Shown here one piece after another: positions 38,718 through 52,832 of a stretch of 64,000 bases of DNA. A program made the position numbers and the translations under genes. Under the pieces are notes generated by a model. The model searched no databases. It saw only the letters and a list, made by a program, of their open reading frames with translations, and was not told the origin of the DNA. This DNA comes from Kudoa neothunni (Eukaryota > Animalia > Cnidaria): contig OZ199840.1 of the NCBI GenBank assembly GCA_964304625.1, positions 8,191,744-8,255,743 on the forward strand. Reading direction: 5' to 3'. The stretch's first letter is position 1; every line of letters begins with the position of its first letter.

Positions 38718-41700
38718 TGGTGATCATCATGATGTATCTCGTTAGATTTGGTGTGGATTTTATTGTTGGTCTTTTTTGATTTTGCACTACTATGATTCAT
38801 ACACGAGCATTATATTACATAAACCTTTTGTTCTCTATTTCTTAAACTATATCTATAATTGTTTTTTTACGATTTATTTTGCGTATTTGTGCGTGATTCG
38901 TTCATTCATTCATTCATTGTACGTTATCTTTTCCTATCGTGGGGATTTCATATGTTGTATATGCCAGTTGTAAGCCTTCAATGCTGCCCTGCCTACTGCA
39001 TCTATTCTGTTTCTCTATTTATTGTTGTTACGTGAGGTCAGATATAGATTTTAAAATCGGTGATGAGAGATGAGATGGCAGACTTTTCTGGTTAGAGAAA
39101 TAGAGAAGCGGTTCTTAACTTGGTAACCTGATGAGGTTCGTGAGTAATTCCAATAAAATCTGTATCTAATTTTATCATCGTACGTTCGTTGTAATTAGGC
39201 ATTTTTTAACTTGAGCGTAATTATTAAAAACTTCGAATATACTCCTGCGTTATTGTTTCCGATAAATATCATATATTTACTACAAAATTTCCATGTTTTA
39301 TTATTTATTTTGAACAAATACGGGAAAAAACGTTATTGAGTAGTCAGTAGGTTATTTGAGAAAAACTAAAAATGGTCAAAAACAATTTCTACTGTTGCAG
39401 ACTATGCATTTTGAATGATTAACCGTTTACAACGGTGTATTATCGAGGATTTAGATTTCTACGCTGATTACCATAGAAACAAAGTCACGAAATCAATTAT
39501 GTGTGTTGCTCCTTCAATTGCTTTGTCAGTATTCTATGAATTTATTGTTAAGAAGAAAATACAAAATCCTGCTGATTATTCGTTTAATATTTATTGTTTG
39601 TAGAGGGGATAGGTTTTTGTATTAAATTCGTGGTCTATTGTATAATAATCCCTTTAACTCGTTGTTCTAATAAACATAATAATCAACAAAAATAAATAGA
39701 GGTTATATATAGAAAAAATATTTGGATTATTATAGGAGCTTTTTTTAAGAATAAATTTTTGTGTAGGTTCTATTTTTAAACAATCACAAATGTATATATA
39801 ATTATTGAACAAATTCCATTAATTTTTTGATTTTAAAATATTACACGTCGTTGTTTATACTTTGGTAGAATTTTAATAATTTCTCAAAATATATACTGAG
39901 AAGGATTTCATAGTTGTCAATTATGTGTTCTAATATCGAAAATAACTCATAATTAATCCACATAACAAATATTTTTATAAATATGGAGATATTAGATGAA
40001 TAATTTAAATGACTTTTTGGTATCTAAATTTCTCTTTTGCGTCGTGAATTTTTTAAATTTAATTTATTTTTGAATAAATAATTTTAAATTTTTCTAATTT
40101 GTCCATTAAAGTGAACAATAGAAACTAAATGGTTTGAATATCAATGTGTATGTTTGGATTATGCCATTAAAACAAAACAAAGTCCATGTTAAGTTCATCG
40201 AAAATATTTGGGGCTTGTAAGAGAGAAGAATTTAGGAACATTGATTTACTTTTTAATAAAAATGAACGAAACTTATCGAGTACTCAAAGATTGAAACTAT
40301 CGTGATTTTATTAAAAGTAATTTTCAGTCATTAGGTTATTTATTTAATTGTTTTTAAAATTCGTTTGAAAATAATTCATTATTTTTGACAGATTTCTTAA
40401 AAACGCGTATAAAAGGAAAAACTGCCTAGTTTGATTGTCAAATGTCCGTGCTTAAGCTCTCACTACGGTAATGTTTGTCCTCAGATAGTTATTGCGGCAA
40501 AACGCAAGAATTAGATAAAATATTTGAATAATGGAGATTTTTTTAAAAATTCATGTATCTAGTGGGTATGGATAAAATTCACCAATTATATTCAGAAAAA
40601 TTTATTTTATATCAGTTGGACTTTATATTTATTAGAGATGGATAATTTGAAAGTAACCAGTACCATTCGAGAGATATCACTGAAAAATGTCTTAGAAACT
40701 ATGTAGAACTTGGAAATAAGAATTGCTTTCATCTTGAGAACTAAGTTGAAAATAGATGACGATTGTACACAGACTATACGCAATAATGTGTTTGGTCATC
40801 GGATCGAGAATTGTGAGGTAGCGAGACCCTATCACACCACTACCTCACTACTCCGTAAAGAGAACTATGATTAGAATGTACGCTCAATATTGTGTATATA
40901 GAATCTGTAATGAAGTTTCATCTGATTTGAAGGATTAAAATTGAACGTATAAATCATCAGATATCTATTAGAGGTGATGAAAAATATTTATGAACACCCA
41001 TAGCCAATTCCCTTGAAAAAATAGGTTTGGGATAATGGTCACTATGACAGTCAGTTGTTTAATGAATCAAGTTCTCACAATAACGTGGAAAGGTCCTGAC
41101 CAACTAGAACTCCACAGCACAGTAAGCTGCGCCATGTGTTTTAATTTGTGAACAAAAAAGATCAAACACTTTTTCTCGTGTTTTTTAAAGGGATTAACTA
41201 ATAGAAAAAATGCTCTGTAATCTCGTTCCACCATTTAATATCTAATTAAAATAAATTATATTATAATTAACGTAATATAGGTGCAAGCAAAATTTTTAAA
41301 AATTCCGATGTATTTCGGCAATAAATCCTGAATTCAAAAGAATAAAAATATTATTCATTATTCTATAAATATTTTTTATTAAGCTAGACAGAAACAGTTA
41401 AATAAAAAAATAATAACTTAAACTTTTTTATTTAGATGCTAAAAATCAAAATTCAATTAAATCAAAATTATAATAAAAAAATTAGTTCAGAAATGCTTTT
41501 TAACTTTTATTTAGATTACGTGTGTCGAGAAATTAGGAGAAAATTAATTGTTTAATAACATATTCACACAAATTATATATTCGAATTAGTGAATCCAAAA
41601 CAATAAAAAATAACAGACAAGAGGTTCTAATAGCTTTGTGTTCGTGTCGAGAGTCGCAAAGTTGAAGATACTTCTACAGCAAAACAATTTTATAATGAAA

Positions 41701-42067
41701 ACTAGAATCAGATTATTAAAATTTAAGGTTAGATGAAAGAAAATAATAAATGTGGGTTGATTTAAAAAAATTTAGGCTAAGCACCAACAAATGAACTATC
41801 ATTACAAAATTAATTTCAACCCAACATTAGTTGTAAAAAAAGAAATTAATAATTCCAAAATAATGCACTAGAGAGATTCTAACAGAAAATTTTTCGAAAT
41901 TTCACAAATACATTAATATGAGTTTATTCTATGGAATTATGCTGAGAATAAACCGCGTTGGGAATGTTCGAATCAGATGTAAGTGTCAAACGCCTCAAAT
42001 CTACCGAAAGGAAGTTATCGTCAGTAATGTTATTTTCACTGTTCTAAATGTAAATGATACCAAATAC

Positions 42068-42795
42068 CTAACAAGTAGAATAATCTACTATTTCAGATGT
42101 TGCTTCATTCTGAGGGGTGGGTGGTGGAGTAGGTGGTGTAGTGGTCAAATCTTTATTTAGCAATTGCTCACATAGCTGCTCTCTCATGGTGCTACTCTGA
42201 ATAGTGGTAATATTGATACGGGTTTTTGTAAGCGTTTTCTGTTTTGTGGAATTGTCATTGGAACAAATGCAAGATTTTAAATCTTGCGATGGATTACAAA
42301 CAAGGAGTTCGCAAGCACAATTATATGAGATTTGATGACTTTCACACTCTAACATGACATGTTTAGTTATTGCAGGATTGAGTGAAGGTTGGCTGGGCTT
42401 TTGAACCACTTTGTAAGTGTTTTCCGGTGGCATAAATTTTGTAGGAATAGTGAGTTGTTTGGATTCATCGCTAGGCACACCAATTTCTCCACACAACGAA
42501 GTGAATGACGGTGCGCACCTGTTTATTTTGTTATTTATCAAGGAATCATTTTCAGTGAGAGCAATTTTATTTTTACAAATTTCTTTCCTTCAATAACCAG
42601 TATTTACCAACGATTGACAACACAGTTTATGACCAAATTTGAAGTACCTTGTCGTACGGGGTAGTAGACGATCCCATTCTGAATCGCTTGAACTTGTGCT
42701 GCGATCACTACACAGTATAATCAGAATTTTCTACTATTCCACAGTTCAACAACAAATTTATACCATCGGCAGCAGATTGTTTTCCAAGTTGGCAT
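42068..42795 (-). CDS. Hypothetical protein with an N-terminal Cys cluster and acidic dileucine; 3 or more exons
   Basis: Spliced MPTWKTICCRC/DRSTSSSDSEWDRLLPRTTR/KEICKNK... runs into the 157-aa ORF with phases consistent across two micro-introns. The 3' end may extend by splicing. Confidence 0.5.
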
Positions 42796-43734
42796 CAATC
42801 ACTTGACCAGTGGTTTGATTATTTTGCACTCAAGTGTTACTATTGTTTGGTATGAGGTCGTTTGATTAACACCTAACTATTGTTGTGTGAAGTTCGACTT
42901 CGGCGAGAAATTTAAATTACCTGGGCATCAACAAATATTCAAAATCCGAATTCGATTCAAATACTAATTCTTTCGTGTTTTATGTTAACAAAACTCTTTG
43001 TGCATCTCGACGGAAATTACATACACATTGGAATAATAAGAGTTGGGAAGTTTATTATGAGTACTCTATTTTCAACTGATTAAAATATTATAATTGATTA
43101 AGCGAAAATTATCAACCAAACTCGCTTAAATCACTGAGTTAATACGAAAATGACTCCCCAATTTATCCAAATAATGTCTCACATTAACAAATTCAATAAT
43201 ATAATTATTTGTGAATTAATTTAAAATAATTATAATATTGCAATAATTTTAACATTTAATTTAGAATTTTTATAAATACTTTGTTACATCAAAATATAAT
43301 ATTTCCTTTGAACTTAAAATATACTATAGCACAGTCATTTTATGAAAAACAACAGATAATTAAAACATTATTCAAAAAATCTCGATAACATAAACCACTT
43401 ATATTTTTTATATTATTAAAACACAAAAGTGTGACGAAATAATAATAAAAATGAAATGGATATAGAATTGTCTTTGTGAAATATGGATCTCATTGTCTCA
43501 AGCTTTCATCATAACTAATTATTTAGACAACATTCAATGACTATTATATATATAAATTTTCAAAATTAATTATATTCTGGATTTTAAAATTTATTAATCT
43601 TAATCCATAGGGACAACTGGGAAATTTTCAATAAGTAATAAACAACAAACAGCAATGTCTCATTACGTGTAAACATTCGTATGCAGTATATCTGATTATG
43701 ATAATTGGACCTCCAAAAAATTAATTTGTGTATA

Positions 43735-45097
43735 TAAGGTTTCCCGATCTAACTCGGTATTTTTGCAACCAAACGCGACAATTTGCAATTAAGTCAAACA
43801 CATTCTTTTAATAACACGCAAAAATGTAAGCTTAAACATTCAAAATCATAATTACTATCATCATTGTTATTTATTCTAATATTACCTCTCTTCGAGAAGA
43901 CCTCGTGATATAGCCAAGCATTTTTCGTTAGAACCCATCACAATGTGTGTGCTATTTCGTCGAAACACTTAGCAATACAATAGCTAATTTCAGCTCTTTC
44001 TTGTCTTTACACTGCTTCCTTATTACTAAGTTTTTTCCAGGCAGAAAAAACGATATCAATAGGGTTGAGAAAGGCTGAATATGGAGGCAAATATTTTATG
44101 ACTAAATTTTCCGCATCAATTATGTCCTGAAGACCTCTGTAGTGATGGATTTTTGCGTTATCCATGATAAATATTGAATCCAGGATCCAATTATTAAGAC
44201 AGCTAATTTTCAACTCCAGCATTAAAGCAAGCAAACTTTAAAGTCTTCGCCGGTTACAATCTTATCATGTATTTTATTATAACTTACGTGATTTTTATTG
44301 ACTGCAGCAACCACAGAAATATTCCTACTTCTAGCGGCCGGCACAAAACAATAAGCTGACTTGCCTCTTAATGAGCGTCCTCTTTTGGGTCGGGTAACCA
44401 CAGAAAATCCCACTTCGTCCAAAAATATGAGGCTTCCATGCATTGAAATGACTTCTAGTTCCTAAACATTTCCTCATATCGGAACCGCTTTTCTATTGTT
44501 GTATAACAATTCCTCCTTTCAGGAACCCTTACCACAGACTTGAGAGTGTAATGGAACTCTCCGATTACCCTATCGACTGTAGTAAGGATATGGTAACTCC
44601 AAATTCGTCCTGAAGCTTTTGTTTTAGTTCTTTTGAAGAGATTAATGAGTTTTTCTCAATCAAACTGATCATTTTTTCTTTCTGATCCATTGAAAGAAGT
44701 GATAGTCTGTCTCCCCTCTAGGTTTTGGAGCAAGAATGTCGGCGCTTCTAAATTTGGACAATATCGGCAAAACCATGGATGTCGGTAACCTCATTTCCGA
44801 AGCAATATAACTATCAGTTTTTCCATCCAAGCTAAAATTGCACATTTTCTCTCTTAAATTGACAGAGATGATTTTTCTTTGTTTATTTTGGGTTGCATAT
44901 TTGATGCCGATCTAACCCAATCGAATTGCTCTGAAAACCGTACACTCTGAGTCTGAGTCACTTGAAACTTCGTACATATTTAAATTCAATTAGATTAACA
45001 AAAATTTATTTAAAATCAATGCGTAGCGTTAACTGAGAATGTGCGTGGAAACCTAGATCTTGATTGCGTAAGTGCCGAGTTAGATCGGGGAACCTTA
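43735..45097 (-). mobile_element. IS630-Tc1-mariner superfamily transposon, DD34D/E transposase pseudogene
   Basis: TA target duplications; ~38-bp TIRs TAAGGTT(T/C)CCCGATCTAACTCGG...GCAA(C/T)CAA; motifs IFLDEVGF, FIMDNAKIHH and YLPPYSAFLNPID, with 34 residues between the second and third acidic residues. Confidence 0.9.
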
Positions 45098-45242
45098 TAA
45101 ACACAAATAAACTCATCGAAGAATATTCAGATTTATTCTCATTAACTAAAAAAGGAATCTGTCACCATAGTAAATCGACAACGCTTTCAATTGATAGGCA
45201 ACCTTCGGTTCAATAGTTAAATGAAGCGCTTTCCTACTAGGA

Positions 45243-47530
45243 CAATGTTTCTCAACGTGAGGCGTAGACTCTCCAGCAAGCAAGGTGGAGCGCAAAAATT
45301 TTTGGAGCAGAATGGACGCCACTAGTGAAATGCAAGTATCAATGAGGAATAAGTGTTTGTAGAATATTTATCATTTGTTGTTATACTATTTTTTTTTGGA
45401 AATTAACAAGATAGATATTTAAAGGATTATCAGCATTTTTAATTCATAATTCAAATAAAATATTAAGACTAAAAGTATCATCAAAAATTTAGTCCGAAAT
45501 AATTTCATATTACAACTGCTTACAGCCCCTCTTTGATTAAAGATAAATCTAATTTTAAAATTTTAAACCTCAAAAATATAAAAATCGACTGAATTTGCAC
45601 CACGTCGGTATTACTCAGATGTTCACCGACTACCGACTATCGCAGTCGTACATCATGGATCTGTGAATATTTGTCTTGTTTTCTTTTTATTCGCAAAGTC
45701 CAGATCTGTTTTTGTTACGATGAAAAACGACAGAAAGAGAAAAAAGGCCATTATTCTCCAGAATTGTTGAGTTTTCGCATTATAACGATAATCTTGACAC
45801 AAAATTTGTTGTTTGATATGCCATCATGGCTTGAGTAATAGTTCCATGAAGTTTGACATAATGTTTGCTCAATAATGAAATATTTTGTTTCGCGTAAAGA
45901 GTAATTTTAAAATCGACAAAAAGTTTTATCCATGTTTGGTCCTTAATTTTCACTTAATTATACTTTGGAGGCAAGGGGCGAAATTTCTCCGCTTATTGTA
46001 AAAAACGGAAAGAATCAAACAGTTAGAGAGAATTCGATAAAACCGGCCATCTCAATTTTCATAAAGACCGTTTAACAAACCACTGACACTGAAATTAAGG
46101 CCATGCCACTTAACAATAATACTGTCTTTGATCGAACCGATTAGACGTCTAATAATTTCAAAATTCAACTCATTGAAAAATTACAACAAGGAAGTTTTCA
46201 TTGCGACTGACTGAATCCCAAATTCGAGACAGCGAAACTCTTCTTCGGTCTTATATAAGATACATTGACAAAGAACAATTTTATGCAGAGATGTTATTTT
46301 ACGCATCTTTGGAAACAACGACAACAGAAAAAGATATCTACACTACAGTGAAGAATTGTTTTGTGTCAAATAAGATAATGATCGCCAAGTTGTTGTCATG
46401 TGCCGCTCCTGTTTATGATGATGCTATGATGCTATGACGTTATGATGGGAAAAAATTTATAAATGTTTTGAAAATCCAAAGTTCATAATAATCCTTAGTG
46501 TCATACATCGAGAAAATCTAATGACAACAAATTTATCTCCTTTTCTTAATGGAATATTACAGAATGTGGTCAAGTGTTTTATAATGTATTTAAACAAATC
46601 CCAAGGCCGAAAAATTATTCAAGCAATTTTGCAAAGATCAAAATTCCGATCGTATTCATTTGTTGTTCTATAATGAAGTTAGATGAATATCAAACAGAAA
46701 TTGCCTAAGGAGGTTTATGGAGTTGTTTGATCAAGTGAGTGAATTCTTTGACGACAAACCTGAGAGGGATTATATGACCATAAAAGACGGGAAGCCTTTG
46801 TGAGTTAACTAGCAGGCAACATTAAGAGACGTTTCACTTTAAAATCCAAACTTCAAGGAACAAGTATAACTTTTGCTAATGCATAAATGCAGATTTTTGG
46901 ATTCATTGCGTCGATCAAATTTTCCACGAAAATTCATCTTGATATCCTTCTGTTCATTTTTATATGTGAAATATCTTGTTATGTTCTATAAATAATTACA
47001 AACCATTTAAACATGGTGCTAATAGACTTTAATAACAGATTGTTCGATTCAAAAGAGATGATTATTCCTACGTGGCTAACTCAACCGCCACTAACCGATG
47101 TTTCCGAAACCGAATTTCAGTATCAACAAGAATTGATAGAAATATAACATGATGAATGCACAAATGCGTGACATAACATCAAAGGAATAGATATGTGACA
47201 CTCAGATGATGTTTGAAGAGAAATACTCAATTACCTCCACTACAACTAAAGAAATGTTAATCCCTTTTCCTTTATCATACTTTTGGTAGCAGGGGTGGTC
47301 AAAAATTAATTTTTATTCTATAAATCAATTAATCTTTGACCACCCCTGCTTAATAGCATATGGATTCAGCGCAATTGGAAATTTTCCAAATGCCGGGGGA
47401 AACCGCCCTAACATCAATAAATTACAATAAATTACAATAAGAAGAGATTTACGTCTTGCGCTAACAAAATCTTTCCCACCAATAATGATCTAATATCGTC
47501 AACGTCAAGGACAGATATCTCATCGCAAAA
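45243..47530 (+). mobile_element. Decayed hAT (Buster/ZBED5-like) transposon
   Basis: Terminus CAATGTTTCTCAAC; remnants C-VIHREN, HLLFYNEVR*I, LIPFPLSY...GFS and DLRLAL; many stops. Confidence 0.75.
47290..47348. mobile_element. 59-bp hAT micro-MITE nested in the hAT transposase remnant
   Basis: Perfect 14-bp TIR CAGGGGTGGTCAAA ... TTTGACCACCCCTG. The flanking 8-mers tttggtag and cttaatag match only partly. Confidence 0.7.
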
Positions 47531-47864
47531 GTACATGTTAATTTTTGTTTGGATATTATTCAATGAAATATTTTAGTTTCGCCAGACAGTTCGTGATAGC
47601 ACAACTTATTGATTTTTTATGGTGATTGTGATACCTTTCATTTATGCGCATTTTGGAATTTATGACGATAAATACACATTGTTTAAGTTTATTAAAAATC
47701 ACGTTTAATATTTAGAAAAAAATCTATTTACATATTATAAAATGATCTAACAGTAATATAAAGAAATAAAGAAAACCTCATTAAATCTTGGATGAAAATA
47801 ATTATTATACTGATGTTTGTCAAAAATAATATATTATTCAACTTTATTAGTTTTTTTAAGGAAA

Positions 47865-49300
47865 TGGCTATATCTCTATATTTACTGCATATATTTTATT
47901 CATATTTTACATACTACTTGATGATTACTTAATTTTTTGTAAGTTTTGGAAAAATTTGAAGAAGAATAAATTTTCAGTAATGCAACCATCCCAAGTCCAT
48001 CAATATTCAAGTTTAATTATCATATAATTTTAAATATTTCAATAAAAAATCAGTATTCCCCATTTTAAACTAGTCTTTATAACAAATTTTTTTCCTAGAA
48101 GTTATTTCATCTTCCATTGTATTCTTTCGGGTTTAAATAATAAAATATGAGTTTTAGCATGTTTATGTATAGAATGCAGTTTATGTCCTTTAAAGACCTT
48201 AATGTAGCCATAATAAAATATGAATAATTAAAATTTAGAATATCACAAAAGTTACTATTCTTCCCTAAAAAATTGTGTATTCATCGGTGGAATAAGTCAT
48301 CTTTTTAGGGAAATTTTTTAATGTAGATCCTACAATAGGAAACAATAAGTAAAGTGCTCCAATAATTAATAATTATAGGCAGGAAAAACAATTTTAAATA
48401 AAAACATTCGAACAGACGTTAAAATGACAAACAAATTTTCCGTCGATATTGGCTAATAAAACTTCTGAATTCTTTGGGGAACTCTTTAATAAGTCTATAA
48501 GGTCTATTGGGAAAAATAACTCAGAATCATGATGACGTTTTTATTGTTCGTTTCCTCAATAAATTTGATTATTTGTTGGCGAATATAATATTTACAATTT
48601 AATATGGTTGAAGATATGTGTGGCAGTAAAGAAAAGGAAATATTGTACGATTTAATTTCTGATAGTGAGAATTGAGTGCCTTCAGGTGATTAAATAGGGA
48701 TTTCACCTACCCAAAAGACAAAACTTGACGCGAAAAAATGAATTAAAACCCCATAAGGAACAATTAAATAATAACGACAAAGCTGAAAATAGCATAAAAC
48801 AACCTTCATTAAAAGTTAACATTAAAATATTACTATTGTTGAATTTTTCAACCTCAAAATTCCATCGATAATAGAGTCAGTTGTAAGGCCAGGAGGAGTC
48901 ATTTATCAACAGTTGTGGATATAAAGATGTATGCAAATAATTTATTACATCCATAAACCGAAAAATTCAATATTTCATGTTAAATTTATTTCTACATGTG
49001 ATAATTTATATTTTATGATTTCTAACCCACATGATCAAGTCATCATATATTCCATTTCTTGTAGAAATACAAAATAATGCAAACTTTTATATTACTTTAT
49101 ATCTATTAAATTATAAAATGTTTAAAGATATAAGATAATTACATTTGAATATTGATGAACTCGGGATGGTTGTACTACTGAAAATTTAACCTCCTTCAAA
49201 TTTTTCTAAAACACGAAAAATTAAGTTAAGTAAATATTAGATAATACGAGCAAAATATATGCAATAGTTTTAGAGATATTCATTCCCTGAGATATAGCCA
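47865..49300. mobile_element. Long-TIR (foldback/Mutator-like) non-autonomous element
   Basis: About 47865-48050 is an imperfect inverted repeat of about 49110-49300, with shared blocks tggctatatctc, tgcatatatttt, aaatttgaag, aattttcagta, caaccatccc and catcaatattcaa. Confidence 0.7.
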
Positions 49301-50505
49301 CTACCGTTTTTAATAGGAAGTGCCCAATGACACGGATCATAATATCTAGGTAAATACAACAGATTCTAAAAAAATTAATTCTGTAGATAAACTATAAATA
49401 GGCGTTAACGGGATTAAAAAATAAACACGCGCACGCGTACTTACCACATCGGATTAAAAACTTCCGTGTCAATAGCCAGTGTCTTTTCAATATAGTTGAA
49501 CCAAAACAATAACGCGCTCGCATATTTGAAATTTATACTCAAAATATTGTAGATTATATTTATAACAGATTCTTATTCTTTATTAAATAAAATATTTTAA
49601 CTTCTATAATTTGAATTTAAAATGTTGACATATCTATTATCTGAGAATATTGAGACTTAAAAGGAAAAACAGTGATAATTAATAGAAAAAACACCTCTAC
49701 AGAAGAGTAATCTACTTTTTTAAACGATCGATAATTAATGGTTATTTCAAATACATACAGACATATATTCAGATATAGCACAAATTTATATAAGAACTTT
49801 AAAACTTAACTGAATTTTTAAAAGAAAAATGTATAAGTAATGAATCCAGAAATATTTTTGTTTACCATATTGCATTGGTATATATGCTACATTGCCAATG
49901 TCGTATATAATCTGGAATTATGATTAGATAGTTGTTACGGATAAACGAACATATATCTATATCGACACGTAATTTCAATAAAACACGAATAAAATCTAAA
50001 ATATCTCACGGATGATAATCGAGGCTCGACTGTATTTTAAGTGTACTCGCCAAAAATAACTAATTTGAATTATATTTCAAAAAACGTTAAAAATACATAC
50101 TCCCATTATTATTGTTTTATTATTGATTATTACTATTAGTATTTTAATGTGGTAGAGCACCCCGATTTTTCTTATCAAAAAGTGGGTGAGACAAAAAAAG
50201 CTTGGAAAACACTGCCTCAAGCAGCTAAGAGATTAGAGATGATGCAAGTACTACCAGACAGACACCCATTGTAAAACATGTTTTTATATGCTGAGACGAA
50301 TTAATGTATCTGAGAGAGCAAGAACATATAATCTCATTGAAAAGAGTTAAATTAATAGATTTCTCAGTGGAAACAAACGATAAAAACGCCAGCTATAAAA
50401 CTCACATCAATCGCAAAAATATCAATGCAGACATAAAGCTCTGTAGAAATGGTTATACACGTGTTTGTGTGGGGTGTTTACAATATTCAATCGGAGAGCG
50501 ATAGA

Positions 50506-51409
50506 TCACTCATTGAAGTCAAGCTTCATATTACGAACCGTCAGCAAATACTGTACGAATGTGCCGACAATAGTCAACACGACCCAGATTGAAGCCAATG
50601 CCCAATGTTGCCAGCATGGAACTACGGTAATAGGTTCCAGCGAAGTCAAGGTGATCAACACAATACGTGTTATAGCGCGTTGGCCAAAAATATAATCCAG
50701 CATAACAACAAACAATGTGGAAGCCATCCCAGCCATTGGTAATCCAAACATACACTCTTGCACCATTGAAAGAGGTATGGTAATAATTAGTGCACATGTT
50801 TCGATAATAATAGGTGCTATGAACAACTAAAAAGCGAGTTATTACTTATTACATGTGGAGAACAGAAGCGACAAATTTACTCGTGAGAATATAACAAAAT
50901 ATCTTATCAACACCACAACCATTATTCCAATTATTGATCCAAAATAGAACGATATAAAAATTCGGGACACAATCCTCGCCAGAGAAACCAATGTGATAAT
51001 TACCAGGGTGCATGCCACCACAATCAATATTTGATAGATCCATTTTAACGAATTCAAATGATAATACACACATGTCGAAATCACTATCGATACTACCATT
51101 GCATGCAACAAACTTGAGCTGACCAAATAGAAACGAACTCCTACACAAATAAAGTGTGGTTACAAAAATCAACTGATTTATGTCATTTGTGCGCTTACCA
51201 ATAAAAATAATAACTAGAGCCAACAATCCGTATATAATTTCTAGGGCGAAATACGGATCTTTAATTTGAGACTGAATTACAAATGGCGAGGAACAATTGT
51301 AAGCAGCGGTAGTTAACAACCACCAATATTGGAAAGGTGCTGCTACGGGATATGCAGCAGTAGTAGTAGCAACAGCAACAGCAGCAGCAGTAGTAGTGAC
51401 GTTCTCCAT
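50506..51409 (-). CDS. TMEM198: TMEM198 (TM7S3/TM198 family) multipass membrane protein, 3 or more exons
   Basis: IIFI/GVRFY (cf. FGYRCF), MLDYIF and VVPCWQHWALASIWVVLTIVGTFVQYLLT (cf. TMEM198 [28 protein letters not shown]). Introns at about 51140-51198 and 50827-50861. The C-terminus may extend. Confidence 0.75.
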
Positions 51410-52832
51410 TCTTAAAAATACACGACCAGCCGATTCTTTGTAGATATTTGTACCAGTAAATATACTGTAAAATTAAAATCCAATTTTCAGCGCAATTTAA
51501 CAATATATGTATGACACCTACCGTCACCTGGTTATACTGCAAAAGATTATACTTTTTATGTGACTCATTCTCAGTCTAATCCCTTCGATATGGGAATCAT
51601 TATGTTAGGGAGTATTTTTCATTGCATAATTGACTATTAATTACAGCGAAAAATAGTTGATAAATTTGAAGTAACATTAATTGATTAAATGTCACTATTT
51701 CAGGATCAACATAGTTTACTCAATTAATCCGACCATTACACAAATATTATTAGGATCGAAAAATTAAACTTTAGTGACAGTTAATGAACTTTGAATACTG
51801 TCCAGAAGTCATATATTCACCGCTCAGTGTCAATTTGTTTAAATATTTGATATTTCACCGTTTGTTTTTAAAGAAAAAAATTGCCGGCAAGTAGCGCACT
51901 TGTGCGACTATATTTTTCTATTGTTATAGCAAGCCTAGCCTGGACACATTTTCTCTGGTCTAATTCTAGATCTCCTTTGAGATTGACTATTTATTATGTG
52001 GAAAAGCTTCAACTAATGTGGTGTGAGTTTATTCGATGAAAGATTAGAATCCAACTCTATTATATAATGAGAGTCCTAGGCGTTATTTTTAAGTAGATTA
52101 TTGTTGTTTTGGTTGAAAACCAATAGTAGAAGAACTCCTCTATTCATAATAGACAAAAATCTGTTGCAAATATTAATTCCCCGCGTAAATCGATAGCAAA
52201 ATTATTCAGCAGTTCAAGTAAACGATTTTAATTTAATCCGCCACCAGCTTAGCACAGTTTTAATCCTATAGTAGGTTATTAACTTGTTATTGGACTTATT
52301 CTGGTGATATACACCGGTAAAGTTGATTTTAATAAAATTTCCGCAATGCCAAATGACATTTTATTAGTTTCATCGTGTGTGTATATTATATGATGACAGG
52401 CCTTTGGGGAATTTGTCTTAAAATTTCTCATGGGATAGGGAACAGTTCGGCTAGATTATGGTAGAAAAAATGATTCCTGTAATCGCGTATTTGTTCGTTG
52501 AATGAATTTAAATTTATTATTTCCCAACTAAATATAGATTCGATTTATTCATTGAAAACTTGTAAGCTCGAAAATTAATATAAAAATTTTCAGGACGCCT
52601 CACAATATTTAAGTTCACTTCCAAAATAGAGATTGTTTAAGGGTCAAAGTACAGTTCCACCACCCACTCAGCTTGACTCGTATCCAGTATTACACGATAA
52701 AATGTAATCTTTATTATGTAACAAAAACAGCGTTTGTAATATTAAAATTCTTAAATTTTTGAAATGCAATCGACTATTATATCCTAATACGTGGTTTTTC
52801 TATTTTGTTTCAAATATCCATTCAGATATATA

